Positions 8,439 to 13,073 of a stretch of 13,073 nucleotides of DNA are shown in pieces. The stretch is from Octopus sinensis (taxonomy: Eukaryota). The stretch is from NCBI RefSeq assembly GCF_006345805.1, contig NW_021826380.1:1-13073 (forward strand), written 5' to 3'. A program made the position numbers and the translations under genes. Numbering within the stretch: position 1 is the stretch's first letter; every line of letters begins with the position of its first letter. The notes beneath the pieces are model-generated. The model made no database searches. It worked only from the letters and a program-made list of their open reading frames with translations, and was not told the origin of the DNA.

Positions 8439-8646
8439 CAATTATTGTTGGGTCCTTGGGAACTGTATCAGAAGGCATCAAGGGGAATATAAAGGAAATT
8501 GAAATAGTGTCGAGTAGAACTGTTACAGAAGGTTTGTTTCCTTGGCATGGCCAGAATAATCAGGAAAGTATTAGCTGAAAAGAACGGTAAAGCTCGCTAT
8601 GCATACAATACTCCAGGAGCTCCAACAAAACCTGTGGTAAAAAGAA
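8437..8646 (+). mobile_element. R4/Dong family E 3' end, copy 1 (heavily 5'-truncated)
   Basis: PIIVGSLGTVSEGIKGNIKEI..VELLQKVCFLGMARIIRKVL plus 3' UTR (ctccaggagctccaacaaaacctgt). Homologous to 11145-11406. AAT on both sides. Confidence 0.85.
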
Positions 8647-8713
8647 ATTATAATAATACTGCACCATTTATATACACCATTTAGGAAATACATGAACTTC
8701 ACGAATTCCTATT

Positions 8714-8759
8714 TCTTCTCTCTCTCTCTCTCTTTCTCGCTTTTTCTCACACACACACT
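8714..8759 (+). repeat. (CT)n/(CA)n dinucleotide tract
   Basis: Direct reading. Confidence 0.8.
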
Positions 8760-9349
8760 CGTTCCCTTTCCTCCTTCCCTCTCTTTTCCCCCCTCATTTC
8801 AAACTTCGAAGCCACCACCCCGCCTTCAAAAAGTATATACGGCTTCTGTGTCCTAACAGAAACAAGCCAGCATAACATTTGTCGTGGTGCTTTCTGCTGT
8901 GTGCAAGCAAGCTATCCGGGCAATCGGTGCTTTATTTAAATCGTTGCTGATTGGTTACACAGGTGGGAAGTGTGTTTCGCAGTTTCCCAGCCCAACTTTC
9001 ATCTAAAGCACCATGCTGCTTCGCGTACCATCTCTGCTGGGTCTTCGATTGCTAATCCACCCAAGTATTTCAGTCACTGCTTACCATTCCTAAGACACAT
9101 CAATCGGGTTATTTCACAGTAGCAACAACATAATAACGAGAATAACATGCTAGTCCTTATACTTTTCTTAATGGCTTTCGGCAACCTGCAAAGTGGATTT
9201 GCTATAGTTTCGAATAACCGTGTCTTGCAGTAGACAAATTTACCATTTCTCTTTTAATACGTGCTGTTTTGTTGACGCTTTTATTTATTTTTTTATTATT
9301 ATTATTTATTTATTTTTATCATTTCATTATATGTAAACCCCTCCACACT

Positions 9350-9575
9350 TTATGTCTGTCTTTGATTGCCCCCCCCCCCCACACACACATCCCTCCCACT
9401 CCTCACCCTTCGCCTGGTGGCAAATAAATGAAATCATTATTTTTTTTCGTCTGACTTTACGTTCTGAGTTCAAATTCCGTCCAGGCCGACTTTGCCTTTC
9501 ATCCTTTCGGGGTCGATTAAATAAGTATCAGTTCCTTCCCCCAAAATTTGAGGCCTTGTGTTTCCAGCAGAAAGG
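9350..9575 (+). mobile_element. Remnant of dimeric SINE: degenerate linker (9350-9443) plus second unit (9444-9575)
   Basis: ttcgtctgactttacgttctgagttcaaattcc...gcctttcatcctttcggggtcgattaaataagtatcag...aggccttgtg..agaaagg then (ATT)n. Upstream tatgtctgtctttgattgcccc...gcctggtggcaaataaatgaaat resembles the dimer linker. Confidence 0.8.
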
Positions 9576-9646
<71 letters not shown>

Positions 9647-9774
9647 CGTCATCGTGTTCGTTTTATCCAGTTATTTATATTTATTATTATTTTATTATTA
9701 TTAATTATTATTATATTATTATCGTCATCGTGTTCGTTTTATCCAGTTATTAATATTTATTATTATTATTATTA

Positions 9775-9807
<33 letters not shown>

Positions 9808-9840
9808 CGTCATCGTGTTCGTTTTATCCAGTTATTTATA

Positions 9841-9878
<38 letters not shown>

Positions 9879-9898
9879 GATATTATTATTATTATTAT
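9576..9898 (+). repeat. (ATT)n tract containing three copies of a 31-bp non-microsatellite unit
   Basis: atcgtcatcgtgttcgttttatccagttatt at 9645, 9721 and 9806. Confidence 0.95.
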
Positions 9899-10381
9899 TT
9901 TTTCGTTTCTATTTCTTAATGTAGAAATTATATATTTATGAGTTCTGTTTTTTCGACGAGATCACCAAAATATCTTTGAACATTTGGTCTTCGGTGTAGG
10001 GTATCAACGAGACCTCAGTTTTTGGCGGAACTCGCATCCACCACGAACCCCCATCCCACCCCATCCCACCCCCGCCAATTCTTCCAACAACGTTTTGCGA
10101 AGTAAACCCTAACACAATATCGCAAAACCTAACGGGATTCTCGTCAAATTTTAAACATTGCTGCTATTGCTTACAGCAGCGAGCTGTATCTACACCACGG
10201 TACCCATCAACATCTACTTTTATTCTAGCCTATCCAGCTTCTACCCTGGCCTACCCGATTCCATCTCTCCAGCCACCTCTATCGTACTTCATCTAGATCC
10301 CGCATGAAACAAATTGAAATACATCCACCCATGTTGTTTAGTTCCAGATCAGTTCTCTTTGAGTAGATCTGTAATAATAAT

Positions 10382-11138
10382 CAGTGCTGGCTATAATTTC
10401 TATCGAATATATGTGGAGATAACCTTAAGAAATAATGTAAAAGCACACTGCTAACACAGGAGAACACATTATTGACTTATAAAAAATGTTTAATGTACTT
10501 TATAATATATCATGGTTGCATAATGAAATACCTCATACTTATAAGTCATTAGTGTTCATGTACTAGCTTCCAGGAATGCCACGATAAAGTGTGTGTGTAT
10601 CTTCATTGGTTTTTATGCCGTAAATAGCAATATGAAGTAACAGAGAACTGGTAGGTGCATGTACTAAATAAAGTTATGCAGGAGGATGGAAAAGTAACGA
10701 TATTCTGGGACTATGATTTTCAGACGGATCATGTAATCGAACACCGTCGGCCGGATGTTGTCATAGTGAATAAGAGAGATAAATACTGTCGGATCATTGA
10801 TGTAGCCATACCAAATGACATGAATGTTGTGAGTTAAGAGGTTGACAAAAATTACCAAGTACTCCGAACTGAAAATGGAAATGGCAAGACTGTATGGAAT
10901 GCAGGAGGGTAATGTAAAAGTGATACCAGTGGTGATCGGAGCGTTGGGCTCAATCCCATTGAAACATCAAAACTTCTTAAGGCAACTGGAAATCCCATGC
11001 CAGACTGATGTCTTACAAAAAGCAGCCTTATTGGGCAGAGCGCACATCTTAAGGAAAGTATTATGTCTGAGGTCCTTGTTGTGACTTGACAAATGACTAA
11101 AGACTCAAGTGCATTTTTACCTACACTGTGTTACGAAG
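10382..11138 (+). mobile_element. R4/Dong-clade fragment F (RLE + 3' UTR); clear from ~10575, weak upstream
   Basis: HDKVCVYLHWFLCRK; KVTIFWDYDFQTDHVIEHRRPDVVIVNKRDKYCRIIDVAIPND; KITKYSELKMEMARL; VIPVVIGALGSIP; LQKAALLGRAHILRKVL. A faint NLKK*CKSTLLTQENTLLT near 10420-10477 suggests extension to the taataataat at 10372. Confidence 0.85.
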
Positions 11139-11144
11139 TAATGA

Positions 11145-11406
11145 AAAATGAAGGTGAAAATGGTGCCAATTATTGCTGGGTCCTTGGGGACAGTATCAGA
11201 AGGCATCAAGGGGAATATAAAGGAAATTGGAATAGAATACCCAGTAGAAGTGTTACAAAAGGTTTACCTCCTTAGCACGGCCAGAATGATCAGGTGAGTT
11301 GTAAATAGCTGAAAAGAACGGATAACATGGCACCGTAGACTGCAGGTAGCAAGCCCGCTACGCATGCAAGTCTCCAGGAGCTCCAACAAAACCTGTCATA
11401 GAGAGA
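11145..11406 (+). mobile_element. R4/Dong family E 3' end, copy 2, directly behind the tail of F
   Basis: KVKMVPIIAGSLGTVSEGIKGNIKEIGIEYPVEVLQKVYLLSTARMIR, 3' UTR, then (AAT)n. Confidence 0.88.
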
Positions 11407-11423
11407 AATAATAATAATGATGG

Positions 11424-11460
<37 letters not shown>
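11407..11460 (+). repeat. Compound (AAT)n(GAT)n microsatellite
   Basis: Direct reading. Confidence 0.95.
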
Positions 11461-11463
11461 AAA

Positions 11464-12005
11464 TGTCCTGATGCAGTACCAGGCAGTGGCTCTCATGCCT
11501 TTTGATCTTAACTGATTGGAAATGTTATCGTGAAAATTGTTTTGTCTTGGTATAAAAGATGGGCTACAGCAAATATTCTGCTCAATACCACAGATTTGCT
11601 TGTCAGTTGTTTGACCTTAACTAGTTGAGTATGTCCCTTAGTGGATGACGATACGTGCATCTCTGATCATGAGCAGAAGTAGTGGAGGAGCATCATAGCC
11701 ATGTGTTGAGAGGGATTCTTTGGGGTTTGAATAATTCACCTCTGGAAACATGGGTGTTTCGTTCAAAATCCTCAAACAACCCCTTATATGGGCACCTTTT
11801 GAGTGGGATGGGCTACTTGACTAAAATAAAATTCTAACTGGACTCCACCTGCAAGGTCATGCGCTGTTTATTTTGATATGAGATCACCATGTTGCGTACA
11901 TATGGTTGTGATGCATGTGCCTGGTATGCCCTTATCAGACAGGTAGTCATGAGGGTATACTGGACTTCGTATATTTTACCCCAATGTCACTTTGATGGCA
12001 TGCAC
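11464..12005 (+). mobile_element. ~550-bp non-coding element, copy 3 (lacks the last ~13 nt and the distal AAT tract)
   Basis: Starts tgtcctgatgcagtaccaggcag; homology stops at gatggcatgcac. Confidence 0.9.
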
Positions 12006-12108
12006 ATGGATCTCCAATTCCCTATTTTGTTGTGTGGACCCCGACTCCCTTCCCCCAAAATCATATTGGACCCTCAGGGACCACATGAATCCCGTTTGAG
12101 AACCCCTG
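12006..12108. mobile_element. Single terminus of a hAT (Charlie/Buster-like) transposon or MITE
   Basis: Ends gtttgagaacccctg (reverse: CAGGGGTTCTCAAAC, a typical Charlie/Buster TIR from recall), followed by 8-mer ttttaaac with central TA. Subterminal tggaccc repeats. No partner TIR seen in the window. Confidence 0.6.
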
Positions 12109-12446
12109 TTTTAAACGGAACATCAACTCTACGGATCTCATGAATCTGGGAGTCTTTGCAGATGTTATGGGCGTTATATCAACTCCCTGAATTAACCAAT
12201 TAACAAAACGATAGGAATTTTTAATTCTGTCTAACATTTTCATTCTCTCTGAAATGTATCCATGGAAGTTGCTGATAGATCTATTTTTGCAGATCTGAGA
12301 ATTTCGAAGGAAAATAATGATACCAAACGCCAATTCCTTTGCTAAAATTTTGGTAAAAAAATCTTAAAATCTGCCCGGTAGAGTTGCGTACAGGAAATTT
12401 CAATTGTGTCTCATTCGCGTGTGTGTGTGTGAGATTTCTCAGCAAC

Positions 12447-12497
12447 ACCATCATTGATCATCATCATCACCACCACTACCACCACCACCACCACCAC
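12447..12497 (+). repeat. (CAT)n(CAC)n microsatellite
   Basis: Direct reading. Confidence 0.9.
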
Positions 12498-12500
12498 CCC

Positions 12501-13073
12501 AATCACTACCTTGCTCACAGAATTCGAAGTTCTCCCTTTTTGTCGCATGTTGCAGCAGATGTCTGTCAAGATGTGGGCGAAGAAGTGTGAACAATAGCCA
12601 TAAAACTCATGTAGTAGACCATCTAAACTGGGTGGAAGAGCTGCTCCTTGTACAATCATTCAAGCTGGTGCTTCCATTTATTATTTTTTTTTTTTGTTTC
12701 TTGGTGTTCCGAAACTACTTTGGAGAGTTACAGTAGGTCTTCGAATTAGATACTAAAATCTACTATCGCCTCCAGTCTACTGTTGGCATGAAATAGTGAC
12801 ACTAAACAGCATCACTCATCTGAGGAACTGAATAGCAACTGCTCAGCTGGGCCTGTCAAAGACTATCGTGGCTTTCGTGTCTCGTCGCACCATTCCTGCC
12901 AGGGCCCATCGAATGTCTTAACACACGCTCCTGGAGTCTGACACAGTGACCTTTATGTTTCGCTCAGAAGAAATGATTGAGGAACCATTCTCTTCTATCT
13001 TTATCATCTTTTCTCATTTACTCGCTAGTTCCCCTTCTAATATGTTTTTCTTTACAGTTTACTTCTTTAACTT
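12501..13073 (-). mobile_element. Decayed L1/Tx1-clade LINE ORF2 fragment (endonuclease-RT linker into start of RT)
   Basis: Reverse strand: LNDCTRSS..PSLDGLLHEFYGYCSHFFAHILTDICCNMRQKGRTSNSVSKVVI fits the KSPG.DG...EFY...G..P.S...GVI pre-RT motif. Upstream pieces LNHFF*AKHKGHCVR, RRDTKATI and VDFSI*FEDLL*LS fit the linker. Many stops and frameshifts. Confidence 0.65.

Noticed and set aside
8820-9240. Non-repetitive island with an inverted CCAAT box (ctgattggtt) as a possible promoter or exon
   Set aside because: Single short motif with no ORF or linked gene; not supportable from sequence alone.
9645-9836. CRISPR-like look (31-bp repeats with spacers)
   Set aside because: Spacers are ATT microsatellite, the context is eukaryotic, and there are no cas genes.
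10048-10135. C-rich runs (potential G-quadruplex on -) and aaaccctaac telomere-like words
   Set aside because: Short low-complexity matches expected by chance; no tandem telomeric array.
13030-13057. Splice-acceptor-like ctaat...ttttctttacag on +
   Set aside because: Lies in the antisense of an A-rich L1/Tx1-like remnant where pyrimidine tracts are expected; no exon evidence.

Overview
AT-rich eukaryotic DNA, almost entirely transposable elements and microsatellites, with no supportable host gene. The repeat families look cephalopod (octopus-like); that assignment is from recall and is unverified. The window is organised around (AAT)n/(ATT)n tracts. It holds eight + strand fragments of R4/Dong-clade non-LTR retrotransposons (RT, CCHC zinc knuckle, PD..D-type restriction-like endonuclease) from several distinct families, including one near-intact 5'-truncated copy (1084-3168) and one copy whose N-terminus is fused to its C-terminus with the RT missing (1-1021). 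It also holds three copies of a ~550-bp non-coding element with fixed ends lying in AAT tracts, six insertions of a tRNA-head SINE (two are dimers set tail-to-tail as a ~780-bp imperfect palindrome), one hAT-like terminus, and a decayed L1/Tx1-like ORF2 fragment on the - strand at the end. All alignments and translations were done by eye.
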